From NCBI GenBank assembly GCA_963718615.1, contig OY970368.1:64001-128000 (forward strand): DNA of 64,000 bases, in the 5' to 3' direction. Below are positions 34,673 to 44,929 of the stretch, in pieces (positions within the stretch are counted from its first letter, which is position 1; each line of letters begins with the position of its first letter). The stretch is from an uncultured cyanobacterium. Its GTDB lineage: Bacteria > Cyanobacteriota > Cyanobacteriia > PCC-9006 > JAAUQQ01. The notes beneath the pieces were generated by a model. That model had not been told where the DNA came from. It saw only the letters and a list, made by a program, of their open reading frames with translations, and did no database searches. The position numbers and the translations under genes are program-made.

Positions 34673-34895
34673 GGGCGATCGCGCATCCAAAAACTAGCAA
34701 ACTCCATCCTAGCTCAGGAGTCCCGCTCTAGAAAATGTCAGTTATGATGCCGGATAGAGTGACAGGAAGCGCAAAGAACGCGGACTTGTTAGTGCTGATC
34801 GGTTCGAATCGCGTTTATCCGACTTTGCATATGGCGATCGCCGCCTTTCAGTCCCGTCATGCAGGCAAGAGGAATGAGGCTTAAATTTGCGGTGG

Positions 34896-35501
34896 TCATG
34901 CTGTCTCGGGTGTGGTCGGTTCAACGGTAACTTCTGAAAAGTCGATCCCGCGATAGGCTTGCTCAATGGGGAAACTCAAATTTACGGATTGCAATTCCAC
35001 TACGTCTCCAGCCCGATAATTGATGATCTCCCATCGCCCGTTTTCGTTTTTACGATAAAGATCGATCGCGATTTCCTGCGAACTGACCAATACATAATCT
35101 TGTAATTGCGGATTCTGACGATAGCGAAAAAACTTGTTGCCACGGTCATAGGCTTCTGTACTGTCGGACAACACTTCAACGATTAAGCAAGGATAGGTAA
35201 TGTACTGCGCTGAGGTTTTATCTCTGCGATCGCAGCTCACACTAGCATCGGGGTAGGTGTAATCATGACTGCCCACAAGGTTGACTCGACAATCAGAGTT
35301 AAATACCCGACAACTGCCATTGGATAAGTGATTATCCAGTAAAGCCGCTACCTTCAGACTAATCCGGCTATGATTTTGGGTGCCCCCGCTCATAGCGTAG
35401 ACTTGGCCATTGATATACTCGTGACGACATAGCTGTTCCTCTTCCCACGCAAAATACTCAACGGGGGTTAACTGGGGTGACTGACTCGGAACTGCAAACA
35501 T
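34896..35501 (-). CDS. Uma2 family (DUF820) putative endonuclease
   Basis: RHEYING..YAMSGG, YPDASVSC, PCLIVEVLS.STEAYDRG.KF. Confidence 0.9.
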   Translation of the reverse strand: MFAVPSQSPQLTPVEYFAWEEEQLCRHEYINGQVYAMSGGTQNHSRISLKVAALLDNHLSNGSCRVFNSDCRVNLVGSHDYTYPDASVSCDRRDKTSAQYITYPCLIVEVLSDSTEAYDRGNKFFRYRQNPQLQDYVLVSSQEIAIDLYRKNENGRWEIINYRAGDVVELQSVNLSFPIEQAYRGIDFSEVTVEPTTPETA

Positions 35502-35640
35502 GGTTCTATTCTCCAAGAACGAGAATTTTCACGGGCAGGCTTATTGATATTTTTAGGGTGAGACGGTAGCGCGAGCAGACGATGTGATCACAGTTGCAAG
35601 AGCAAATGAAGGAACAAAAATTCTCAAGTGATATCTCAGA

Positions 35641-35675
35641 AAAAATAACGCTGCTGCGGTACGAGCAGCAGCGTT
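35641..35675 (-). terminator. Terminator after argD
   Basis: AACGCTGCTGC...GCAGCAGCGTT stem followed by a U tract on the minus strand. Confidence 0.75.
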
Positions 35676-35719
35676 GGCCTCTCCATCAGACGTTTGGCTT
35701 AGCGGATAGCTGACGAGGC

Positions 35720-36991
35720 TTAGCCAAAAACCGTAGCCAAGGCTCGCTCCGTTGCGGCGAGCGCTTCGTCGATTTCTTCCGCTGAGACAATCAGCGGCGG
35801 CACATAGCGAACCGCACGGGCACCGGCAGGCACGAGGAGCAAGCCTTCGCCCATGGCCGCTTTCACAACCTCAATTGGCGCTTTGGGCTCTTCGTCCTTG
35901 AGAATCAAACCGTTAATCAGACCCCAGCCCCTGGCTCCGGCGAGATGCTCGGGGTATTGCTGGGCGATCGCCCCCAATCCCGCCCGCAACTGCTCACCCC
36001 GCGCCTGGACATTGGCCAAAATGCCTTCCCGCTCAATAAACTGCGTAATCGTCAGACCAATCCGACAAACAAAAGGATTCCCCCCAAACGTACTGGCATG
36101 GTCCCCCGGCTCAAACACCGCACAGAATGCTTTGCTCAGCAAAGCCCCAATGGGAAAACCGCCACCTAATCCCTTCGCCAACGTAAAGGCATCCGGCTCG
36201 ATCCCCAAATGCTCATAGCCCCACATCCTGCCGGAACGGCCCATCCCCACCTGGACTTCATCGAGAATCAGCAAAATGCCCAGTTGATCACAGAGCTGAC
36301 GCACCCGCTGGAAGTACGCGACGTCGCCAGGATTGACGCCACCTTCGCCCTGGAGGGGTTCGAGCAAAATCGCTGCGACGCGGGGACCCTTGGCATTGAG
36401 CTGGGCGATCGCCCCTTCCATCGCCTCAATGTCGTTATAGGTCACATAATGAAACCCCTGAACCATCGGGGCAAAGCCCTTGTGATACTTAGGCTGTCCC
36501 GTCGCAGTCACCGTCGCCAGCGTTCGTCCATGAAAACTGGCTTGCGCCGTAATAATCACGGGTTCGTCAATCCCCAGCTTGGTGTGGGCGTATTTACGGG
36601 CCAGCTTGATGGCACTTTCGTTGGCCTCTGCACCGGAGTTACAGAAAAAGACGCGATCGGCACAGGAATGGGTGGTTAGCCACTGCGCTAGCTCGCCCTG
36701 AACGGGGATGTAATAAAGATTCGAAACATGCTGTAACTTTTGCACCTGATCCGTTACCGCTTCAACAATCGCCGGATGGGAATGGCCTAGGGTACAGGTG
36801 GCAATCCCCGCAACAAAATCCAGATACTCTCGACCCTCCGTATCCCAAACCCGACAGCCCCGACCTCGTTCCAGGGCAATCGGGAAGCGTCCATAGGTTC
36901 GCATGACACTTTGGTCAAAGGCTTCGGCGCTAAAGGCCGGGGCAGTTACATCAAGGACGCTGGATTGCTGGACGAGGGTATCTGGACTCAC
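35720..36991 (-). CDS. argD: Acetylornithine aminotransferase
   Basis: FFCNSGAEANE, FHGRT, EPLQGEGG, DEVQVGMGR, TLAKGLGGG, HASTFGGNP; GTG start with GAGG RBS. Confidence 0.93.
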   Translation of the reverse strand: MSPDTLVQQSSVLDVTAPAFSAEAFDQSVMRTYGRFPIALERGRGCRVWDTEGREYLDFVAGIATCTLGHSHPAIVEAVTDQVQKLQHVSNLYYIPVQGELAQWLTTHSCADRVFFCNSGAEANESAIKLARKYAHTKLGIDEPVIITAQASFHGRTLATVTATGQPKYHKGFAPMVQGFHYVTYNDIEAMEGAIAQLNAKGPRVAAILLEPLQGEGGVNPGDVAYFQRVRQLCDQLGILLILDEVQVGMGRSGRMWGYEHLGIEPDAFTLAKGLGGGFPIGALLSKAFCAVFEPGDHASTFGGNPFVCRIGLTITQFIEREGILANVQARGEQLRAGLGAIAQQYPEHLAGARGWGLINGLILKDEEPKAPIEVVKAAMGEGLLLVPAGARAVRYVPPLIVSAEEIDEALAATERALATVFG

Positions 36992-37164
36992 AGTGGTTTC
37001 CTCAAAAGAGAACAAGCAGAGAAAAAACTTTAAGAATTAGTATTTCCCGAATTCCTGGGAGATTAGCAATCATTCTAAAGTTTTTTTAAGCACTGTGGGG
37101 ACCCCTTGGCAATTCCGCGAGCATTGAGGCTGGGTATTCCGTGAGTATAAATACCATAATAAAG

Positions 37165-37240
37165 ACAATAAAAACCCCAGCAAGCCGAAGGATTGTGGGG
37201 CTGAAGACGCAGTTAGGAGGTATCTTATGGTTCAAATTTA
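37165..37240 (-). ncRNA. Candidate small RNA (orphan intrinsic terminator with CCUCCU motif); 5' end unknown
   Basis: Minus strand ...GAUACCUCCUAAC...CCCCACAAUCCUUCGGCUUGCUGGGG-UUUUUAUUG; no credible minus-strand CDS upstream for this terminator to end. Confidence 0.4.
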
Positions 37241-37398
37241 ACGGATCCTTTGCAGATCAACAGATCTCTTAATGAGTTCTTAAGTTTCTCGCTTTAAAGT
37301 TGTTTTTTCTTTAAGTTTCTTGCAGACTCAACGCAATTCATCCGTCGAAACACAGCCCAGTTAAGGTTACAAATGTAAGAAACGGGAATTTTGTCTTT

Positions 37399-38421
37399 AT
37401 GCCTCGACCTCAAGCCTTGCCGCCAAATTTGATCATTCAACTGGGTCGCTGGGGTTGGGAAACCGTTTGGCGGGTGATGATGTCCCAAATGGCCCCGCGT
37501 AGCAAAGACGGCAGCTATGTGCGTCCAGAAAGTGCCTTTCGGCAGATCGTCAGTGCAGATGCTCAGGCAACCTATCCGGCAGAGAACCAACGCTATCGCT
37601 TGTTTGTGGGGATGAGCTGTCCCTGGGCCCACCGCACGCTCGTGGTTCGGGCGCTCAAGGGGCTAGAAACGGTGATTCCGGTGACCGTGGTGTCGCCGTC
37701 TCCGGAGGCTGGCGGTTGGATTTTTGAGCAGCCCTTTCAGCCGACTGCAGCCCAGTCCTGTTTGTCGTTGGCGCAGTTCTATGCCCAGGCGCAGCCCGGT
37801 TATCGAGGACGCAATACGGTGCCGGTGCTCTGGGATAGCCAGACAAATACCATTGTTAACAACGAAAGTTCAGAGATTATTGTCATCCTCAATGGAGCTT
37901 TTGATACCTGGGCCAAGCATCCGGAACTGGATTTATACCCCGAGGAGTTGCGCGATTCCATCGAAACCTGGAATGGCAAAATCTACTCCGCCATCAATAA
38001 TGGTGTCTATCGCTGCGGCTTTGCCCAAACCCAAGTGGCCTATGATCTCGTGGTCAATGAACTCTTTAGTACCCTGGACGAAATCGAGACCGTGTTGGCG
38101 CAGCAACTTTATCTTTGTGGCGATCGCCTCACCCTCGCCGATGTGCGGTTATTTACAACGCTGATTCGGTTTGATGTGGCCTATCACGGGATTTTTAAGT
38201 GCGATCGCAAACGCATTATCGATTATCCTCATCTGAGTGGTTATTTGCGGGAGATTTATCAGCTTCCAGGCGTAGCTGAAACCTGCGATTTGGACGCCGT
38301 TAAACGGGATTATTACGGCAATCTCTTTCCCCTCAATCCTGGCGGCATTATTCCAACCGGACCCGATTTGAGCTATTTGAGCCAGGATCCCGGTCGATCG
38401 CACCAGGGAACCCCCGCTTAA
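37399..38421 (+). CDS. Glutathione S-transferase family, glutathionyl-hydroquinone reductase (YqjG-like)
   Basis: CPWAHR, TVPVLWD, IVNNESSEI, INNGVYRCGFA. Confidence 0.92.
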   Translation: MPRPQALPPNLIIQLGRWGWETVWRVMMSQMAPRSKDGSYVRPESAFRQIVSADAQATYPAENQRYRLFVGMSCPWAHRTLVVRALKGLETVIPVTVVSPSPEAGGWIFEQPFQPTAAQSCLSLAQFYAQAQPGYRGRNTVPVLWDSQTNTIVNNESSEIIVILNGAFDTWAKHPELDLYPEELRDSIETWNGKIYSAINNGVYRCGFAQTQVAYDLVVNELFSTLDEIETVLAQQLYLCGDRLTLADVRLFTTLIRFDVAYHGIFKCDRKRIIDYPHLSGYLREIYQLPGVAETCDLDAVKRDYYGNLFPLNPGGIIPTGPDLSYLSQDPGRSHQGTPA

Positions 38422-38538
38422 AACGCTCAATTGCCCATCAATTGCCCAGGAAAATGGCACAATAGGATCGTAATAGTACAAGTGTTGTTAGAACCCCACT
38501 GCCGGATGCCGTTGCATCCTCCTCCCTTTCCAATCGCT

Positions 38539-39474
38539 ATGGCTACTGCTCCAGCCCATTTGCTGCTGATTCTGGATACCGAAACCACGGGCATCGACGA
38601 GGGCAAAGACGAGGTCCTTGAAGTTGCTGCGATTTTATATTCCCTGGAGCATCACTGCACGCTGCAGCAAATCAGCACGCTATTGCCCACGGATCGGGAG
38701 CAGAATCCAGCGGAAGCGATTAATCAAATTCCGATCGCGGCAGCCAATGCGACGCCGCCGGAGCTTGCCGAATATCTCTGTCAAACGATTAATTATTGGG
38801 GACAAATCGCCGAATATATCGTTGCCCACAATGCCGAATTTGATCGCAAATGGTTTAAAAATCACCCCATTTTCCATCGCTTGTACGATCGCCCCTGGCT
38901 CTGTTCCTGCCACGACATCACCTGGCCCAAACAGCACAAATCCGGCCAGAAACTGATTGAGCTGGCCTTGGCCCATGGGGTAGGGGTGAGCAGTGCCCAC
39001 CGCGCCCTCACGGACTGCCAGCTTTTGGCAGCATTATTTGATCGGATGGAGAATTTGCCAGAATTAATTTCCCAGGCGACCCGTCCGAAGCTGTGGGTCA
39101 AGGCGGAGGTGTCCTATGGCGATCGCCAATTGGCCAAGGATGCCGGGTTCCGCTGGGACGGCAGCAGCAAACAGTGGATTGGCAAACTCAGCGAGTCAGA
39201 ATTGGCGGCTTTGCCTTTTCCCTACAGAATTCTCGATGCTGGGGAGCCAAGTCCAGAACCAAGCCCAAAACCGAGCCCAAAACCGAGCCCAGCTCAGACC
39301 CAACCCCAAAAAACACAAACCCTTGTTCAAACCCAGACAATATCCGTTCAACCCTCCGAAAAGCGAACCCCTTTGCCTGTAGATCATCAGCGGGATAGGA
39401 GATTCAGCCCAGCCCAGCCCGTGGCCACCGCACCAGCGGCTCACCCCGCCGAAGATGACGTAGTTCCCTTTTGA
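38539..39474 (+). CDS. DEDDh 3'-5' exonuclease (DnaQ-like) with DUF5710-like domain and acidic C-terminal tail
   Basis: LDTETTG, VAHNAEFD, AHRALTD; VSYGDRQLAKDAGFRWD...KQW; ends EDDVVPF. Confidence 0.88.
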   Translation: MATAPAHLLLILDTETTGIDEGKDEVLEVAAILYSLEHHCTLQQISTLLPTDREQNPAEAINQIPIAAANATPPELAEYLCQTINYWGQIAEYIVAHNAEFDRKWFKNHPIFHRLYDRPWLCSCHDITWPKQHKSGQKLIELALAHGVGVSSAHRALTDCQLLAALFDRMENLPELISQATRPKLWVKAEVSYGDRQLAKDAGFRWDGSSKQWIGKLSESELAALPFPYRILDAGEPSPEPSPKPSPKPSPAQTQPQKTQTLVQTQTISVQPSEKRTPLPVDHQRDRRFSPAQPVATAPAAHPAEDDVVPF

Positions 39475-39652
39475 CCCCGTTATGGGTGCACGTTATTTTG
39501 GACTGGTTTTGGACCAACGGCCTTAAAGTTCCCTAAAGTGCTCCGTAAATCTCCAAAATCGCCAAAGAACATAACAGTTTGATAACTTTCGGATGCTGGC
39601 TTTGGAACTCTCCTATACCATGGGATCAACTCAAAAAAATTAAAAAAAACTT

Positions 39653-40942
39653 ATGTCCTTGGCCCTCGTCAACTCGGTTGCTCCTCGCCTCAACAACCCC
39701 GTTATCCATTCCTTGCCGAACGGCCTCCAGATTATTGCAGAGCAAATGCCCGTTGAAGTTATGGCCCTAGATATTTGGGCGAGGGTAGGCTCTGCAATTG
39801 AGCCAGAGCCAATCAACGGCATGGCCCATTTTCTTGAGCACATGGTCTTTAAGGGGACGGATCGACTGCGGGCGGGAGAATTTGAGCGCCGGGTCGAAGA
39901 ACGAGGCGCAGTGATGAACGCCTCTACCAGTCAGGATTACACGCATTTTTATATCACAACCGCTCCCCAGGATTTTGCCACGTTGGCTCCGCTACAGCTT
40001 GATCTAGTGTTTAACCCAGCGATTCCGGACAGCGAATTTGAATCGGAGCGACAGGTGGTTTTAGAAGAGATTCGTCGATCGGAAGACAGTCCCCAACGGC
40101 GCACCTATTCCCGCATGATTGAGAGTACGTTTGAACGGTTGCCCTATCGTCGCTCCGTGCTGGGGCCGCAGTCCGTTATCGAGCAGGTAACCCCTGACCA
40201 AATGCGATCGTTTTATCAGAACTGGTATACCCCGCAAAATTTGACGATTGTGGCAGTGGGCAATTTGCCCGTGGAAGCGATTATCGAAACAGTTATAGAA
40301 AATATTCCTCAAGGTTTGAGCGATCGCCGCTCCCATCCCCAAACGCCCCTTGCCCACGCCATTCCTGAACCCAAATTCACCCAAATCCATCGTCACGAAT
40401 TTGTCGATCCAACGTTGCAGCAGGCCCGTTTACTCATGACTTGGCGGGTGCCCGGTCTTCAACATCTGGACGATACCTATCCGCTGGATATCCTGTCTTC
40501 GATTTTGTCCCACGGGCGCACCTCTCGACTGGTGCAGGATCTGCGGGAGACGCGATCGCTCGTCACCAGTATCTCCGCTGGCAACACCGACTATTGGACC
40601 CAGGGCATTTTTACGATCTCGGCGCGATTGCCTGAAGAAAATCTAGCGGCAGCGGAAGCGGCGATTTTGGAGCATATTCGTGCTTTGCAAACTACGCCTG
40701 TGCGCGAGGCTGAGCTAGAGCGGGTCCGGACGCAGGTGGCCAATCGGTTTGTCTTTGGCAATGAACGCCCGAGCGATCGCACGGGGCTCTATGGGTTCTA
40801 CCAAACCTTGGTGGGCGACCTAGAACCAGCGTTTCATTATCCTCAAATTATTCGCAAGATCACAGCGGAAACCGTCCAGGCTGCGGTTCAGGAGTATTTG
40901 TCTCCGGAAGCTTGTTGTATTGTCACAATTCGTCCAGAGTAA
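39653..40942 (+). CDS. M16 family (pitrilysin/MPP-like) metallopeptidase
   Basis: GMAHFLEHMVFKGT inverted zinc motif, NASTSQDYT, ERQVVLEE. Confidence 0.93.
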   Translation: MSLALVNSVAPRLNNPVIHSLPNGLQIIAEQMPVEVMALDIWARVGSAIEPEPINGMAHFLEHMVFKGTDRLRAGEFERRVEERGAVMNASTSQDYTHFYITTAPQDFATLAPLQLDLVFNPAIPDSEFESERQVVLEEIRRSEDSPQRRTYSRMIESTFERLPYRRSVLGPQSVIEQVTPDQMRSFYQNWYTPQNLTIVAVGNLPVEAIIETVIENIPQGLSDRRSHPQTPLAHAIPEPKFTQIHRHEFVDPTLQQARLLMTWRVPGLQHLDDTYPLDILSSILSHGRTSRLVQDLRETRSLVTSISAGNTDYWTQGIFTISARLPEENLAAAEAAILEHIRALQTTPVREAELERVRTQVANRFVFGNERPSDRTGLYGFYQTLVGDLEPAFHYPQIIRKITAETVQAAVQEYLSPEACCIVTIRPE

Positions 40943-40943
40943 G

Positions 40944-41564
40944 ATGAAAGTTTCTTCCTCGGGCATCCTGCTCGCCCACCAAACTCAAATCAGCGGCACC
41001 GTCGGCGGCACCCATCACTTTGAACCCAATGATACTCCCCGTGCGGGCGAACCCAACTTGGCTTGGTTTGCCCTCACCCAAGCGGGGGGTGAAACGATTC
41101 CCTTAGGGGATTGCGACTGTGAATTAGCGGTCTACCCAGGCATTGATCCCTCTCCCAATGCTACCCCGATTGCCACGCCAGCACTTAAAGCCATTTCCGC
41201 TGAAGGACTACAAAACATTCCCGCCGCTGAGATTTTATTTCCTAAGGTTGGAGCCTATGAGCTAGTCTTGCGCGGACGCCCCCAGGGGACAGCGACGTTT
41301 GAGCCTTTTGAGCTACAGTTTTCTGTGACCGTTGCAGCGGGTAAAGTGACGGATACGGTGACAGATAAAAAAGTGGTAGATAAAGATGTAGCGTCAACTT
41401 CAGCGCCAACTACCTCATTGCCAACCACCTCAGCGCCAACCCCTTCAAACCCTTCAACCACAAATTCCTTTCCCCCTCGAATCGGCATTGTGAGTGGGGT
41501 AGGACTAGCCGCCCTTGTAGCACTGGGACTGGTGCTGTGGAAAACGCTGCAAAGGTCTGTCTAG
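40944..41564 (+). CDS. Hypothetical membrane-anchored protein
   Basis: HHFEPNDTPRAGEP, WFALT, CDC motif, Thr/Ser/Pro linker and C-terminal TM segment; starts 1 nt after the peptidase stop. Confidence 0.72.
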   Translation: MKVSSSGILLAHQTQISGTVGGTHHFEPNDTPRAGEPNLAWFALTQAGGETIPLGDCDCELAVYPGIDPSPNATPIATPALKAISAEGLQNIPAAEILFPKVGAYELVLRGRPQGTATFEPFELQFSVTVAAGKVTDTVTDKKVVDKDVASTSAPTTSLPTTSAPTPSNPSTTNSFPPRIGIVSGVGLAALVALGLVLWKTLQRSV

Positions 41565-42907
41565 GGTTGGGTTGGAATCAACGATAAACTATGTTGTACC
41601 ACCGACTGTAACTGACTCAGACTCTCCCAGTCTGGCGTAAGTGCCGGTAAAGCTTGGACCATAGCGCGAAGCTGAAAAAGTTGCTGCTGCAAGCATTCTG
41701 CGGTGGCGATCGCCTCCCGTTCCAACGCTTCCAATCGCTGCTGCTCATGGGCAATCAATTGGCTCCCCCGCAAAATCTCAAGCTGCACCTTCTCTCCACG
41801 GGCCTGCCCACTGGCAGGAGCTGCGCTCATCGGCTCAAAACTGAGCTTCAGCATTACAGGCTGGCCCTGGAACGATCGCATCAAAATCCGGCGGGTTCCT
41901 GGCTGCACCGGCTCTAGGGCTAGTCCGGCCAACTGCTTCAACTCCGCGACCAAACCTTGAAACGCTTCCGGTTCCACTGGATCTAGGGCAATTTGAGCAA
42001 CGCCTTTAGGGTCCCAGGCAATGCGTCCACAGCCCCCATTGGATCCCAGCAGGAGCCGTCGGCTACCGCTGGAGAGGGCTCGACCTAGGAGTTCTGCTAG
42101 AAATTGGGGTGGGGGCAGGGTGGCGATCGCCTCCATCGGCTCCAGCAGATGCTGAACCGCCACCGGCAGCTCCGGCAGATCAAGCACACCAGGGCTGGGA
42201 GCACGTTCCGTTGCAGCCTTTAGATTGCCGCCAAAGGGTTCCAGGGGAAACTGCGTTGCATCCAGCAAAAGCGTTGCCCGCTGGTCCACAATCCCCAGAG
42301 CCTCTACCTGAGCAAACCGATGGTCCCGCAAGGCCGCAATCTGCTGTTCTGCTTGATCGGGTTCTTGATCTGGCTTTTCTGCCGTTAGGGTCGTCTGGGC
42401 CGCCGCACCCACTGCGGGCTTGAGTTCAGCTTCAGGAAAATCCTGTTCAATGGCTTCGAAGCAAATCTCAGCATTCCCCTCAGCGTTCGGCTCAAGGGCG
42501 GGTTGGCTTACACGATTGAGATAGGCCGACAGCAGCGTTTGGTGAACCGCGCCCGCTAAGGCTTGAACATTGACCGGGTAATGGTGGTAAGAGGCCATGC
42601 GAGTGGCGTACTCCAGCGCAATCTCATCGGCGGAATCAACCATCCCTAAAATCAACGTACCACTTTCCACATAGAGCGGCAAAACCCGGTGGTAGAGACA
42701 AACTTCCAGGGGCAAAATCCGGTCGATCAGCAAAAAGACCTCTTCCGGCTCAATTCCTAAGGGAATCATGATGCCCTCAGCGGTATAAACCGCTTCACCC
42801 TCTGAGTCCGTCCTAGAGAGCGAGGCAGACTGCATCGGCACTGAGGATACTGAGGATACAGCGGGGGATAAAGGGGAAGGAATGCGATCGCGAGACTCAA
42901 GTACCAT
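41561..42907 (-). CDS. PilB/GspE N-terminal-domain protein lacking an ATPase domain
   Basis: LPLEVCLYHRVLPL...LILGMVD resembles the GSPII_E N-terminal domain; no Walker A motif seen. Confidence 0.55.
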   Translation of the reverse strand: MVLESRDRIPSPLSPAVSSVSSVPMQSASLSRTDSEGEAVYTAEGIMIPLGIEPEEVFLLIDRILPLEVCLYHRVLPLYVESGTLILGMVDSADEIALEYATRMASYHHYPVNVQALAGAVHQTLLSAYLNRVSQPALEPNAEGNAEICFEAIEQDFPEAELKPAVGAAAQTTLTAEKPDQEPDQAEQQIAALRDHRFAQVEALGIVDQRATLLLDATQFPLEPFGGNLKAATERAPSPGVLDLPELPVAVQHLLEPMEAIATLPPPQFLAELLGRALSSGSRRLLLGSNGGCGRIAWDPKGVAQIALDPVEPEAFQGLVAELKQLAGLALEPVQPGTRRILMRSFQGQPVMLKLSFEPMSAAPASGQARGEKVQLEILRGSQLIAHEQQRLEALEREAIATAECLQQQLFQLRAMVQALPALTPDWESLSQLQSVVQHSLSLIPTQP

Positions 42908-43364
42908 AATGCTTTCTACCTTTCACAGATGCAGCTCACCGATGAAGTTCACAGATAAAGGCCACAGGTGCAGCAGAGGTCCTCGGCTCAACCCCGCTGG
43001 CCTGTCGATCAAAAATGCTTAGAACCTTTAATCCCAAGGCTTCTCTAGCTGAGACAGTACCGGGGGTTACTCGGTTTCACAAGTAAGGGAACTTACCTGT
43101 AGTATACCGATTTGCACGGAGGCAGTCCGGATCTACATACAACCCTTATAGTCGTTACGGATTTTCTATTGGGACTAAAAAATTTTCTGTGAAGCGGCAG
43201 GTCAATCCCCATCAGGGATTGGCGAAAGGGCAAGGGGAGGGCGAGGCCACAGAGAGAGGGGAAAGGCGATCGCCTCCATTTCAGTTTGTTAGACTGGGAA
43301 TCAATGTGTATGCTTCACGAATCTTTTTAATTCACTCCCCACAGACCGCTTCACGAGGCTATTT

Positions 43365-44834
43365 ATGGTAGTTGCTGCTCCTATTTTTCACCACACCGAA
43401 ACGAAATCCACAACGCCGTCGAAAGCGCGGCTAGATGGGGCCTGGGAAGGAACCCTTTCAACGCTGTTAGGGTTAGGGCGCGCGGCGGGCGCGGATTTTG
43501 TCGAATTTTTTCTGGAGCGGGTCAACTATATTAGCTGTCTAGCGGAAGACGACGCCATCACCAGCATTTCGCCCAGCATTTCGACGGGGGCCGGGGTACG
43601 GGTGTTTCTGGGCAAAGCCGACTGCTATGTCAGCACCAATGATTTGTCGTTCAATGGCCTAAAACTGGCGCTGGAAAAAGCCCTCTCGATTATGGGGCTG
43701 CAATTACCAGGATCCAATGCCTTCGTGCCTGAGGTTTATCTCGAACCCCTACGGGACTACGCGGTCCTGCGGGGCAAGGAAGACTGGCTGAGCACCTGTA
43801 GCTCCATGCAGGAAATGGGTGATGTGCTCCTAGGGGCCAATGGCAAACTCAACCAAAAAGCCAACCATGTGCAATCCCGCCGAGCGGCCTATTTCCGCGA
43901 TTGGCAGGAAGTCCTTGTGGCCGCCAGCGATGGCGTGTTTGCGCGGGATATTCGACTCACCCAGTCCGTGGGCTATAACCTGCTCTGCGCCGACGGTGAA
44001 CACCGCTCCTCCATTGGGCAGCGCATCGGCAGTACAGGGGAACCGGGCTTTTTGCGCAACTGGAACTATGAGCACACCGCCGAAGAGGTGGCAGAGTCGG
44101 CGGGCAAGATGCTCTACGCGGATTTTGTCGAGTCGGGCAACTACCCCATCGTCATGGCCAACGAGTTTGGCGGCGTGATTTTCCACGAAGCCTGTGGTCA
44201 CCTGTTGGAAACGACCCAGATTGAGCGCAAGACGACGCCGTTTATGGACAAAAAGGGTGAAAAAATTGCCCACGAAAACCTAACCGCCTGGGACGAAGGC
44301 ATTTCCCCGAGTGCCTTTGGCACAATCGATATGGACGACGAAGGCATGCCCGCCCAGCGGACGCTGCTGATTGAGAATGGGATTTTGAAGAATTTCATTA
44401 GCGATCGCGCCGGATCCATGCGCACAGGCCATCCCCGCACGGGTAGCGGTCGTCGCCAAGGCTACACCTACGCCGCCGCTTCGCGCATGCGCAACACCTA
44501 CATCGCACCGGGCGAATATTCCCTAGACGACCTGTTTGGCTCCATCGAGAAGGGCATTTACTGCAAGAAAATGGGCGGCGGCAGCGTCGGTCCCACGGGC
44601 GAATTTAACTTTGCTGTAGATGAAGCCTACCTGATCGAAAACGGCAAAGTCACCAAGCCCCTCAAGGGCGCAACGCTGATTGGCGAAGCCACTGAAATCA
44701 TGCAACGCATTTCCATGTGTTCCCAGGACTTGGGCCTCGCAGCCGGGTTCTGCGGGTCGGTGAGCGGCAGCATTTATGTCACCGTCGGTCAGCCCCACCT
44801 CAAGGTCGATTCGATTACCGTCGGCGGTCGCTAG
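43365..44834 (+). CDS. tldD: TldD metalloprotease subunit
   Basis: HEACGHLLE zinc motif, DDEG, RMRNTYI, FCGS..G...V.VGQP. Confidence 0.93.
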   Translation: MVVAAPIFHHTETKSTTPSKARLDGAWEGTLSTLLGLGRAAGADFVEFFLERVNYISCLAEDDAITSISPSISTGAGVRVFLGKADCYVSTNDLSFNGLKLALEKALSIMGLQLPGSNAFVPEVYLEPLRDYAVLRGKEDWLSTCSSMQEMGDVLLGANGKLNQKANHVQSRRAAYFRDWQEVLVAASDGVFARDIRLTQSVGYNLLCADGEHRSSIGQRIGSTGEPGFLRNWNYEHTAEEVAESAGKMLYADFVESGNYPIVMANEFGGVIFHEACGHLLETTQIERKTTPFMDKKGEKIAHENLTAWDEGISPSAFGTIDMDDEGMPAQRTLLIENGILKNFISDRAGSMRTGHPRTGSGRRQGYTYAAASRMRNTYIAPGEYSLDDLFGSIEKGIYCKKMGGGSVGPTGEFNFAVDEAYLIENGKVTKPLKGATLIGEATEIMQRISMCSQDLGLAAGFCGSVSGSIYVTVGQPHLKVDSITVGGR

Positions 44835-44929
44835 AGGCCAGGATTCACCCTACTCGCCCGATCTCTGACCTACCGCTTGCCGTTCAAAACCCGCCCCCAC
44901 CGTTATTTTTCGAGAGTTTCGGAACCTTT

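Noticed and set aside
34795-34815. GGTTCGAATC resembling a tRNA T-loop near the Uma2 gene
   Set aside because: The flanks do not form a T-stem and there is no cloverleaf or acceptor stem.
34896-35501. Uma2 nuclease as a defence system or mobile element marker
   Set aside because: This is a solitary member of a family highly expanded in cyanobacteria, with no methylase, integrase or flanking repeats.
44717-44929. N-terminal extensions in the ORF track (pmbA, uraD, hpxO, CPBP protease, cNMP-AAA+ protein, b')
   Set aside because: They overlap neighbouring genes or precede better starts with an RBS, so the shorter starts were used.
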